From: Octopus sinensis
Lineage: Eukaryota
DNA length: 64,000 nucleotides
Assembly: GCF_006345805.1 (NCBI RefSeq)
Contig: NC_043014.1
Coordinates: forward strand, 32,674,001-32,738,000
Direction of reading: 5' to 3'
Part shown: in pieces, positions 53,566 through 64,000 of the stretch
Layout of the letters: every line of letters starts with the position of its first letter
Numbering within the stretch: position 1 is the stretch's first letter
Program-made: the position numbers and the translations under genes
The notes under the pieces: generated by a model
What the model saw: only the letters and a program-made list of their open reading frames with translations
What the model was told of the DNA's origin: nothing
The model's database searches: none

Positions 53566-54464
53566 CAAAATTTGAAGACAATAATACATATAGAAATAAA
53601 TCAGTTAAAATCTGATAAGTATTTTGATTGGCATAAGACAATGGGTTATGCACATTATCATCATCATAATTCAACGTCAGTTCTCCATGCTGGCATGAGC
53701 TGGATGATTTTACAGGAACTGACCAGCTGGAGAAGTGCCTGAGCTCCATTTTGTGTGTTTTGGCATGGTTTCTACAGTTGGATACCCTTCCTAATGCCAA
53801 CCACTGTACTAACATGGGTACTTTTACATGGCACCAACTAGTAACAATAATAATGCTATATTTTGTAAACCTTTCCAGGAAAAAGAACCCTAATTATAGA
53901 ACATTTTCCCCCACAAGACAGGGCCCAGCCTACCACAATCCATCCCAGGAGCTCTTCATGGAAGATTCTGAAATCACCAATATTAAACCATACATTAAGT
54001 ACATAGAGAGGATATGCAGAGAGACATTATCAGAGCATAACAGTGAAATATTCTGATCAACAAAAGTTGTAGTTTAAAATGTTTTAATTTCTAGTTTATT
54101 TAGTGTTTTATTATAGCTTTTTTATTTTTTCCATGTAATTATTTTTATATTTTTCACAATTTTCATTGCATTCTATCATCTGTCTCTCTCACACCCCTGC
54201 TTCCTTCACATTTGTATAACTTGTGCATCTTACCCAACTTATTTCTATAAGCCCCATTTAATATCTTTTCTAATTTACTGCTATTAATTAAGGCTGAGTT
54301 GTAGAAGCAGTAGGGCATCAGATTTTGGTGTCATCGTTTATCTTTTATTTTTTACCTGTGTTGGCCATTGGATTGCTGCTATGCTGGGGGCTCTGTCTTG
54401 AAGGCCTGGCTGGCTGGCTTCATGCTCTTACATGATGGGCTGAGGTTATTCTAAGTTAGAAGTC

Positions 54465-54765
54465 CCAGAGACGTCATCATGTGTAAAGCCAACCAGATCC
54501 ACCAGTACTCTCTATCAATGTCCCATGCCAGCCCTTCTGCAGCCTCCAAAGTGATCTTCCCCAATTATGTCCAGCCACTTAGTGTGGGGCCTATTTCAGC
54601 CCACAGCTATGGTGTCAAATGAGAGTAAAGCCCTGCTAAGATGATCTAGTGGGACATGTCTGTACCAGCACATGAAATGGATAACTATGAAGTGGGAGGT
54701 TGCAGGTTGATGTGTGCATGCAGTTCTTTACTGGAAATATGATGGTACTTTGAAGGTCACAGTAC
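54465..54765 (-). mobile_element. degenerate RTE-type LINE 3' fragment
   Basis: Minus strand ALLSFD, TKWLDIIGED, TLEAAEGLAWD, RVLVDLVG resemble the RTE C-terminus. Confidence 0.55.
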
Positions 54766-54913
54766 CTTTTTTTTTCAGTCTGGTACTTATTTAATCATTC
54801 TTCTTTGCAAAACTGATAAGCTATAGGGATGTAAACAAACCAACACCTGCTATCAAGTGTTGGTGGGGGACAAACAAAATGCACACATATGTATGTGTGT
54901 GTGTATGTATATG

Positions 54914-54944
<31 letters not shown>

Positions 54945-54945
<1 letters not shown>

Positions 54946-55530
54946 CAGCAGCAGTGCTAGTGGAGGCAGTGGTGGTGGCAGTAGCAGCAGTGACAAAAGA
55001 AATGGGTGGAGAGTGGTAGTAGTCATTGTGGTGAGGGTAGCAGTGATGGTGGTGGTCATGGTGGTGGTTGTCGTTGCCGTCATCATTGTCATTGTCACTG
55101 TTGTTGTAGTTGTTGCCATTGTCATCATCATGATGTTGGTAGTGCTGCAAGTGGTGGTAGTGGTGGCAGTGGTGGTTGTCATCATCATCATTATCATCAT
55201 TGTTATCATTGTTGTCATCTTAAAGGTGTTGGTAGTGCTGACAATAGTAGTTGAAGTGGTGGCGGTGGTGGTGGTGGTGGTGGTGCTGGTGGTGGTGCTG
55301 GTGGTAGTGGTGGTGGTGGTGGTGGCGGCGGTGGTTTTGGTTGTGGTGGTGGTGGTTGTGGTGGTGGTGGTGGTGGTGGTGGTGGTGGTGGTTTTGGTGG
55401 TGGTGGTGGTGGTGGTGGTGGTGGTGGTGGTTGTGGTGGTGGTGGTGGTGGTGGTGGTGGTGGTGTGGTGGTGGTTTTGGTGGTGATGGTGGTGGTGGTG
55501 GTGGTGGTGGTGGTGGTGGTGGTTGTGGTG
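54945..55530 (+). repeat. compound (GGT/GTC/ATC)n trinucleotide tract
   Basis: Directly visible. Confidence 0.93.
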
Positions 55531-56018
55531 GTTGTCCTGGTCATTGTGCACACAGTCGTGTCAGCTGTAGTGGTTGTTATAATATTGGTAGCAATGATGG
55601 AACTGGAAGTACAAACACAGCAGCTCTAATTCTAATTCCTCAAAATTTGGAGAATGTTGTGATGAAAACCCTCCCGAACTGAGGAAGACTGGTGAAGTGA
55701 GAAGGAGAACGAAGGGATAGGATAAAGGGGAGGAGGTCATAGATATGTTTCTTGCATGGCTTAATTACAAGGAGTTGATTGCCTTTTTTTTTTAATCATT
55801 TTACCTGTTCTTCATTCCATTTTCCAGAAGTCTCCGTTCAGCCGTTTGTGGAAGTATTTAAAGATAATTGGTTTTCGTGTTTCTAGTTTAAAGTTGAAAC
55901 AGAAATCCCTTTTTAGAACTTGTTTAAGAGGAATGATGTTAGAAGAGGGGGAAGAACAGGAGGAGGAGGGGTGGTGGCAGGGGTGGCAGGGGTGGCAGGG
56001 GTCGTGGAGAAGATGAAG

Positions 56019-56057
<39 letters not shown>

Positions 56058-56137
56058 TTGATGAAGAAGAGGAAGAGAGAGTAGGACAAGAAGTAAAAGT
56101 AAAGCAAGAACAACAAAATGATGATGAAGAAGAAAAA

Positions 56138-56187
<50 letters not shown>

Positions 56188-56612
56188 CAACGACGATGAT
56201 GATGACAACGATGACGATGGTGGTGGCAGTGGTGGTGGCAGTGGTGGTGGCAGTGATGGTGATAAGGGCAATGATGATGACAATGACGATATAGAAGAAG
56301 AAGAAGAAGAAGAAGAAGATAATGATGGCAGTGGTAACGATAATGTTGATGACTTGATGAAGGAAGAACAATTTAAAAGTGAATTTCCGAGACAATTTAA
56401 GGGTTAAAAAAGTTAATAGGATTTTGAAAATAACAGATAGGAGGAACTTTAAAAAGAAAAAGGGGGTTGATTTACTGAGAGTGACTTGAAATAGGGTTCA
56501 ATGTGATGTATAGTTTATTGTTTCTAAACAATTTCCTGCAACAGGAGGCTGAGAAAATGGGAATTGCATGTAGGATGAAAAGTTTGATGTTTGAATAATT
56601 GAAAGTTTAGAG

Positions 56613-57315
56613 CAGTGTTTCTTAATTACTTTTTTTTACCTATGGACCCCCCTTTGATTCCTATTTTACTTGGATACTTGGATGGACCCTCAAAGCTATC
56701 CGATGCTTAAAAAGATCATATTATATTTTTATAATTAAATATTATTAGGAATACTTACCACACAGCCCCAGGAGTGGCTGTGTGGTAAGTAGCTTGCTTA
56801 CAAACCACATGGTTCCGGGTTCAGTCCCACTGCATGGCACCTTGGACAAGTGTCTTCTACTATAGCCGACCAAAGCCTTGTGAGTGGATTTGGTAGACGG
56901 AAACTGAAATAAACCCATCGTATATATGTATATATATATGTATGTGTGTGTATATATATATATGTGTGTGTCTGTGTTTGTCCCCCCAACATCGCTTGAC
57001 AACCGATGCTGGTGTGTTTACGTCCCCCCAACATCGCTTGACAACCGATGCTGGTGTGTTTACGTCCCCATAACTTAACGGTTCGTCAAAAGAGAACGAT
57101 AGAATAAGTACTAGGCTTACAAAGAATAAGTCCTGGGGTCGATTTGATTTGACTAAAGGCGGTGCTCCAGCATGGCTGCAGTCAAATGACTGAAACAAGT
57201 AAAAGAGTAAAAGAGTAATTGCATAAAAACGTGTTATTTTGTAGAAGTGTAACCAATTTATTGTACATAAATTTTAACACAAAATCTTATATGAGATCCC
57301 AATTGAGAACCCCAG
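56613..57315. mobile_element. hAT-like MITE interrupted by a family A SINE
   Basis: CAGTGTTTCTTAA start, TTGAGAACCCCAG end, subterminal ATGGACCC motifs; TSD not clean. Confidence 0.55.
56768..57217 (+). mobile_element. SINE family A with internal tandem duplication and 5' fold-back
   Basis: CCCCCAACATCGCTTGACAACCGATGCTGGTGTGTTTACGT twice; 16-bp inverted copy of the head just upstream. Confidence 0.9.
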
Positions 57316-57449
57316 CCTAGAAGAAGGATGATTAAATAGGTGAATTGTTAGTCCAATCAGCTCACAGACCAGAGTTTCATATTTGCTGCTGGGCACCTTG
57401 GTTCTACATGGTTTGAAAGTACCTGTAATCTATCGAAGACCCTAGTTAT

Positions 57450-57935
57450 GGAAACAGATCTATTCCACCTTCTCTCCACCCTTTAAGGAACAAAGTAGAA
57501 ATAGCCAAACTACCCCACCTCCACCCACAACTCGTTAAGGGGTCCTGGCAGAGAAAACTGATCTCTTCACCTTTATTCATTCTGAATCTTGATACATACA
57601 GCTGATCCACTCCCCAATCACCCTAATCCATGGATAAAGGTGATCCACCCCACCTCACATGCACCTGCTAAAAATCCTAGTAGATAATACTGACCCTCTC
57701 ACCACTCCACTTATTGGGGATCCTGACAAAGAGAGCTGATACACCCCACATCTACCCATTCCAAACCCTGGTAAACAATGCTAATCTACCCCACACCACT
57801 CACTGGGGACTGTGAAGTAAGTTGATCCTCTACCCAGAACCACCCATTTAGTACTCTTGTAGGTAGAACTTACCTACATTACAGCCATCCAGCCAAGATG
57901 TCAGGATCTTAATAAGTAGAGCTAATCCATTGATG
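57450..57935. repeat. highly degenerate ~45-bp minisatellite
   Basis: CTGATCCACCCC-like motif recurs at ~57556, 57600, 57639, 57689, 57735, 57779, 57820, 57867, 57920. Confidence 0.55.
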
Positions 57936-58124
57936 GATAGCTCTTGCTGAGAAATGCTTAAACAGTTGATGCTTATTACTATATTTAGAGTCTCAAAAAG
58001 GATGTCTTACAGTATTTGTTCTCTCCCTCTCTGTTCTCTCTGCCTCTCTTGCCATTCTGAGTTCAAATCCCATCATGACCTACCTGGGTAATAGGTTTTT
58101 GTCATTGTCTGGTCTAACCCTACT

Positions 58125-58154
58125 TCCTGACGTTCAGGTGTCTTCATCAGAGGA
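58125..58154 (-). ncRNA. decayed minimal hammerhead motif
   Basis: TCCT-CTGATGA-AGACACCT-GAA-CG-TC-AGGA; 4-bp stem I, one A missing from GAAA. Confidence 0.45.
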
Positions 58155-58507
58155 GTCCTTGTGAGTAAATCTGCCAATTACTGCCATGAAATGACTTGCA
58201 ATTTCGGGGAGAAAGAGAACCAGTGTAGAAGCAGCTGAGAAGAGGTCCATCAGGATCTGGTCAAGAAAGAACAGAAAAGAACTTTAGAAGGTTTTATTTA
58301 CCCTACAATCAATAGATGCCTCAGACTGAGCTAGTTGTAATACCCAAGATGCTGTTCAGCTTTCTCTCAAGAGTTTCTGACTGCACGTTGTAAATATTTT
58401 CAACTGGTCTTTGGCTTGAGAATACTGTGCTTATTTTCCTCCCTCCCACCAATTTTAAGGTCCAGTAAAGAGTTCTTTACTCTACACTCTCACCTGAATA
58501 AAAGGAT

Positions 58508-58813
58508 AAAGACCCCCTTTGGTCATGATGGCACCTAGAAAGCTCCCCTCCAAGGCACAAGTCTGGGTAAGGTTGTTTATGGAAGACCAGCAGTTGCTCA
58601 TGCATACCAGCCTCCCCTCTCGATGTTATCTCAAAGGAAAGGCAAAGGTCGATACAACTTGACACCAGTGATGTTGCAACTCATTTCTACAGCTGAGTGA
58701 ACTGGAGCAACATGAAACAAAGTGTCTTACTCAAGAATACAACACACAACCCAGGTCCAGGAATCGAACTCACTACCTCATGATTGTGAGCCCGACGCTC
58801 TAACCACTGAGCT
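58508..58813 (-). mobile_element. tRNA-derived CORE-like SINE (family D head, different body)
   Basis: GCTCAGTGGTTAGAGCG, GAGTTCGATTCC, TTCTTGAGTAAGACAC; head-only copy at ~30552-30710. Confidence 0.8.
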
Positions 58814-59583
58814 GTGAAAAATAAATACTTGTGAGTGAGATTTCATGCAAATATATTTACATCTATCTGAGGGTCTTCTTTGGGTCTAATCCTTAGTTTG
58901 ATATTTTAGTGAGAGGTGGATACAAAATAAATCTCTTTCAGTTACCCTGCATAGGAAATATTTCGTGATACTTTTGTCCATATTTCTGATAGCTGGGCAT
59001 AGAATAAAGTGAGTTTCCCAAATACAATGCATTCAAATGCATTAAATAAGACTTTACATGAAAACATATTATTCAATGCTACTTTTGTGTGGCATTATTT
59101 CATTTTAAGCTTGACCATGTTTTATACACATCAACATACTTAATGCTACCTTTATACAAAATCATTTCACTGGCATCCGTGCCAGTGGAGTGCTAACAGC
59201 TCCATCCAAGCGGGATCACTGCCAGAGCAGCTGTCTGGCTACTGTGCTGGTGGCACGTAAACAGCACCGTTTGAGCATGATCGTTACCTGCGTTGCCTTA
59301 CTGGCACATGAACAAAACATTCAAGCGAGGTCGTTACCAGTGCCGCTAGACTGACTCCTTTGCAGGTAGCACGTAAAAAACACCATTTGAGCATGTAAAA
59401 GCACCCACTACACTCTCGGAGTGGTTGACGTTAGGAAGGGCATCCAGTTGTAGAAACTCTGCCAGATCAGATTGGAGCCTGGTGCAGCCATCTGGTTCAC
59501 AAGTCCTCACTCAAATCGTCCAACCCATGATTAGAGTGTTGGGCTCAAAATCATGAGGTAGTGAGTTCGATTCCTGGACCATA

Positions 59584-59994
59584 GATGCAGGAGTGGCTTT
59601 GTGGTAAGTAGCATGCTTACCAACCACATGGTTCTGGGTTCAGTCTCACTGCATGGCACCTTGAGCAAGTGTCTTCTACTATAGCCTCAGGCTGACCAAA
59701 GCCTTGTGAGTGGATTTCGTAGACAGAAACTGAAAGAAGGCCGTTGGATGTGTGTGTGTGTGCTTGTGTACGTGCATGTGTTTGTGTGTCTGTGTCTGTA
59801 TTTGTCCCGCAACATCCCTTGACAACCGATGCTGGTGTGTTTACGTCCCTGTAACTTAGCGGTTTGGCAAAAGCGACAGATAAATTAAATACTAGGCTTA
59901 CAAAGAATAATTCTTGGGATCGATTTGCGTGACTAACAATGGTGCTCCAGCATAGCCACAGTCAAATGACTGAAACATAAAAGAATAAAAGAAT
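59584..59994 (+). mobile_element. SINE family A
   Basis: Full-length copy. Confidence 0.87.
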
Positions 59995-59996
59995 AA

Positions 59997-60430
59997 CCTT
60001 TCCATTATAAGTTCAAGGTCTGAAATTTGGGGGTGAGGTGGTGATGGGGGGATACTCAACTACATCAACCCCAGTGCTTGAGTGGTATTTATTCATCAAC
60101 CCCAAAAGATGAAAGGCAAAGACAACCTCAAAAGAATTTGAATGCAGAACATTAAAAGGAAAAAAAATACCTCTAACGATTCTGCTAGCTTGGCACCCTA
60201 ACAATATTATCAAATTTCGGTACAAAACCAGCAGTTTAGGGAGGAGGGGTTAAGTCAATTACATCAACCTCAGGTACTCAACTGGTACTTATTTTGTCGA
60301 CCCCCCACCCAAAAAAGAAAAGGTGAAAGGCTAAGTCGACCTCAGTGGAATTTGAAATAAAAATGCTAAAATGGACGAAATGCCACTAAGCATTTGACCC
60401 AACATGTTAACAATTCATCTACCTCACCAA
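59997..60430 (-). mobile_element. two tandem old family B copies
   Basis: Reverse-strand central domain and B box, twice. Confidence 0.7.
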
Positions 60431-60862
60431 GTCTAACAACAACAACAACAACAACAATAATAACAGCATCACTCAGATTCTGTGCTACACCTCTATCTAC
60501 ATCTCTCACACTTTACCCTCCAGCAGAAATCAACCTGCTGTTTTCTAATTGAATAAATGTCCTATATTAATAGGTAAATAGCCAAAACTCTTCTATTAAA
60601 TAACACATGTTGTTAGGTGGAAACATCTTATCCAATTTTGGTTTCTTTCATAATCCATCAGAATTTTGATATAAAGGAAATAGCATTTTCATATCAAGAC
60701 AAATATATAAAAAAAAAAAAATCACAAATGAATAAGTAAATATAAAGTAAAAAAAAATATGTAAACACCGTAAATCAATAATGCCAATAAATAAACACAA
60801 ACAATAATAAACCTATGAAAAAAATGTACACGAATATATTTAATAGATAAAAGGAAATTCAC

Positions 60863-60940
<78 letters not shown>

Positions 60941-61927
60941 GTATATATATGTATAATATGTATATATATATGTATATATATCTATGTATAATATATATAC
61001 ATACACATATATATATAGACATACACATATATGTATACACATATATATTATATATGTATACACATATATATTATATATGTATATATATGTATATATATAT
61101 GTATATATATATGTATATATACATACATATATATATATATGTATATATATGTATATATATCTATGTATAAATATATATACATACACACATACATATACAT
61201 ATATATCATATTCATATGCATATATATAATATATATATATATATATAATATATATTATAATATATATATATATATATTATATATATATATATGTAAGTGT
61301 ATACATATCGTTGATGTCAAAGAATTATAAGCTTTTTGAGAGAATGTGAAAAATTCATTTTCGGAAAGGTAGACCTTGAAACATGCAGAGCTATGAATAA
61401 TAGCATGTAAATATTGGGTTGAAACACTTTTTTTAATAATAAAAAAAGAAAAGCCAAAGGCTGCCCATGGGATCTGAATCCACTACTCTTGTAGAAACAG
61501 GAGGCACCTGATTTGGGTTCCTCTTTGCCAAACAGCTTTCAACTTTTTCCACCAACCCATTATTTGCTATTGTTTATAGATTTATATGTACCATGGGATT
61601 CACTGTTCCAAAAACGAATTTTGCTTCCCTACCACACAGTTCTAGGTTTAGTCTTTCTGTGTGGAACCTTGCGTAAGTGCCTTATGTATATATACACTCA
61701 TATACATATACACACATAGACATATTTCAGACCCGTACTCATATATCTATCTGTTTATGCTGGCACACACACACACACACACACACATGTACTGATATTC
61801 ATATATATACATACACACATACATATACATATATATTCATATTCATATGCATATATATAAATATATATATTTGATGTATATTCACACATCCAAAGATATA
61901 TCCAAATGTGTATTCCTGCACAGGAAC

Positions 61928-62130
61928 CCTTTCTACTATAGGCACAAGGCCATGAATTTCAGGGGACAGGGTAAGTCGACTGAATACCAGTGCTCAACTG
62001 GTACTTATTTTATCAACCCCAAAATGATAAAGGACACAGCCAACCTCTGCAGAATTTGAACTCAGAACATAATGATGGACAAAATGCTATGAAGCATTTT
62101 GCCTAGCACTGCTAACAACTCTGCCAATTC
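61928..62130 (-). mobile_element. SINE family B, alternative tail
   Basis: Reverse of GGCCTTGTGCCTATAGTAGAAAGG tail plus central domain. Confidence 0.78.
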
Positions 62131-63198
62131 ACTATCCGAACGTGCCCGATGCCAGCGCCACCTTGACTGGCTTCTGTGCTGGTGGCACGTAAAAAGCACC
62201 AACCGATCATGGCCGCTGCCAGCCTCCCCTGGTACCTCTGCCGGTGGCATGTAAAAAGCACCCACTACACTCACCGATTGGTTGGCGTTAGGAAGGGCAT
62301 CCAGCTGTAGAAACACTGCCAGATCAGACTGGAGCCTGGTGCACCTTCCTGGCTTCCCAAACCCCAGTCAAACCATCCAACCCATGCTAGCATGGAGAAC
62401 GGACATTAAACGATGATGCTGATGATGAATATATCTATTAACATTTATAGGTCAATGGTCTTTTGTTTTCAAGAACCTACTTCGAAAAAATACCATATTT
62501 CAGAAACAAATTGTTCATATTGTTAATATTGTGAACAGCGTTATCTTCATAATACATCCGCTCACATCTTTGTCCCACGTTCCCCTGCCCCACCACACAC
62601 ACATGACCCAATATTCTCCTAATGTATCTCTACAACTCTGCAACAACTAAAACCCATGCTGTACAATATTTTACCATACCAAAACCACATTGCATCACAG
62701 CAGATCATACCACATTGTCATAGCTTTCAAATACAACACACAGATAAAACCACATGTATGTACTCGTATTATGAACATATACATGGGCATGACATATGAC
62801 AGATTGTAGTTCTGTCCCATGCTTACCAAATACTTTGAAAGAACGAAGTAAAATATAGTTAATGCATTAACAGTAGTTAAATATTATTGATTTTATGTAT
62901 ACATGCCTGCCTAAATAAATACATATGCATTTACACACACACAAACACATACACACACACACATACACTCTGTTAAATGGTTGGCATTAGGAAGAGCATT
63001 CAGCCGTAAAAACCATGCCACAACAGACAACTGAAGCTTGGTGCAGCTCTAACCAAACTTGCCAGCTCTAACCAAACTGTCCAACCCATCCCAGTATGGA
63101 AGATGGACATTAAATGACAATGATGATGATGATGATGATGAGCAGAAATATTTGTTTGTACACAATTCATTGTGGCATTCCATCAGTTACGATGACAA

Positions 63199-63336
63199 TC
63201 ATCATCATTATTGTTCGACCGTGGTCGAGACAATGGAGTTTACTATGTTACGCCAGACTTCACGGTCCATCATAGCATTACGGAGGTCCTATTGCTGGAT
63301 GCTGGTATCCCTGGAGATTACATCAGGGTAGGAGAG
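63199..63336 (-). mobile_element. 5'-truncated RTE-type LINE 3' end nested in a family D tail
   Basis: LSYPDVISRDT.IQQ*DLRNAMMDREVWRNIVNSIVSTTVEQ* then (TGA)n; TGACAA direct repeat at 63193-63198 / 63337-63342. Confidence 0.78.
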
Positions 63337-63647
63337 TGACAAGTGTTCCAGCTGATCCAATCAACCAACAGAACAGCCTACTTGTGAAATTAACGTGCAA
63401 GTGGCTGAACGCTCCACACACATGTGTACCCTTAATGTAGTTCTCGAGGATATTCAGCATGACACAGAGTGTGACAAGGCTGGCCTTTTGAAATACAGAA
63501 ACAGGAAGAAAGAGAAAGAAAGTTGTGGTGAAAGAATACAGCAGGTGTTTGCCACCACCCCCTGCTGGATCCTTGTGGCGCTTTAGATAACAACTCACAG
63601 GTCAATTTCAATGTTAATATTGCTCATGAGAACTAATTTCTTTCACA

Positions 63648-63957
63648 GCGGCACATGGCCTAGTGGTTAGAGCAGCAGACTTGCGGTTGAGGGATCACGG
63701 GTTCGAATCTCAGACTGGGCGATGTGTGTGTTTATGAGCGAAACACCTAAGCTCCACATGGCTCCAGCAGAAGGTAATGGCGAACTTCTGCTGACACTTT
63801 CGCCACGACTTTCTTTCACTCTTTCCTCCTGCATCTTGCAGCTCACCTGTGATGGACTGGCATCCCATCCAGGTGGGGAACCTATACACCAAGGAAACCG
63901 GGAAACCAGCCCTATCAGCCAGGCGTTGCTCAAGAAAGAACAAATAACAAAACAACA
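63648..63957 (+). mobile_element. SINE family C
   Basis: Homologous to 42831-43137; AATTTCTTTCACA direct repeat on both sides. Confidence 0.9.
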
Positions 63958-64000
63958 ATTTCTTTCACAATGGCTTCTACATGTGGATGGGTCATGGGTG

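Noticed and set aside
53860-54056. Possible terminal coding exon RKKNPNYRTF...SEIF* after a CTTTCCAG acceptor
   Set aside because: No upstream partner exon or family match; another frame (FCKPFQE..LIIEHF) looks like a decayed LINE zinc knuckle, so it is ambiguous.
54821-55682. Mucin-like or poly-P/T/V/W ORFs
   Set aside because: (GGT)n-type microsatellite.
57450-57935. CRISPR-like repeat-spacer array
   Set aside because: Eukaryotic context, repeats far too degenerate, no cas genes.

Overview
Repeat-saturated, AT-rich eukaryotic DNA. Extreme (TA)n/(TATG)n/(AAT)n/(GAT)n microsatellite density and the SINE repertoire point to an octopus (coleoid cephalopod) genome; this is inferred, not verified. 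I cannot support any host protein-coding exon: nearly all supplied ORFs are microsatellite translations, and the informative ones are transposon relics. The window holds (i) at least six dispersed short-retroposon families, several tRNA-headed; (ii) LINE remnants of CR1, L2/CR1-like, Tx1/L1 and RTE type; (iii) two Penelope-like coding relics (an RT with Naiad-like motifs and a GIY-YIG endonuclease); (iv) Tc1/mariner relics including DD37E and DD37D types, plus piggyBac-, hAT- and Helentron-like non-autonomous elements. The most interesting signal is RNA-level. Six hammerhead-ribozyme motifs occur in non-coding Penelope-like units, including a 341-355 bp ribozyme-bearing tandem/inverted repeat (4729-5850), an intact core at 50015-50078, and a tRNA-headed, hammerhead-containing element (33130-33519). 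Also notable are a SINE family sharing its 3' tail with a Tx1/L1 LINE in the window, and a 555-bp element found only inside (AAT)n tracts. Family labels A-F are my own working names, and boundaries are read by eye.
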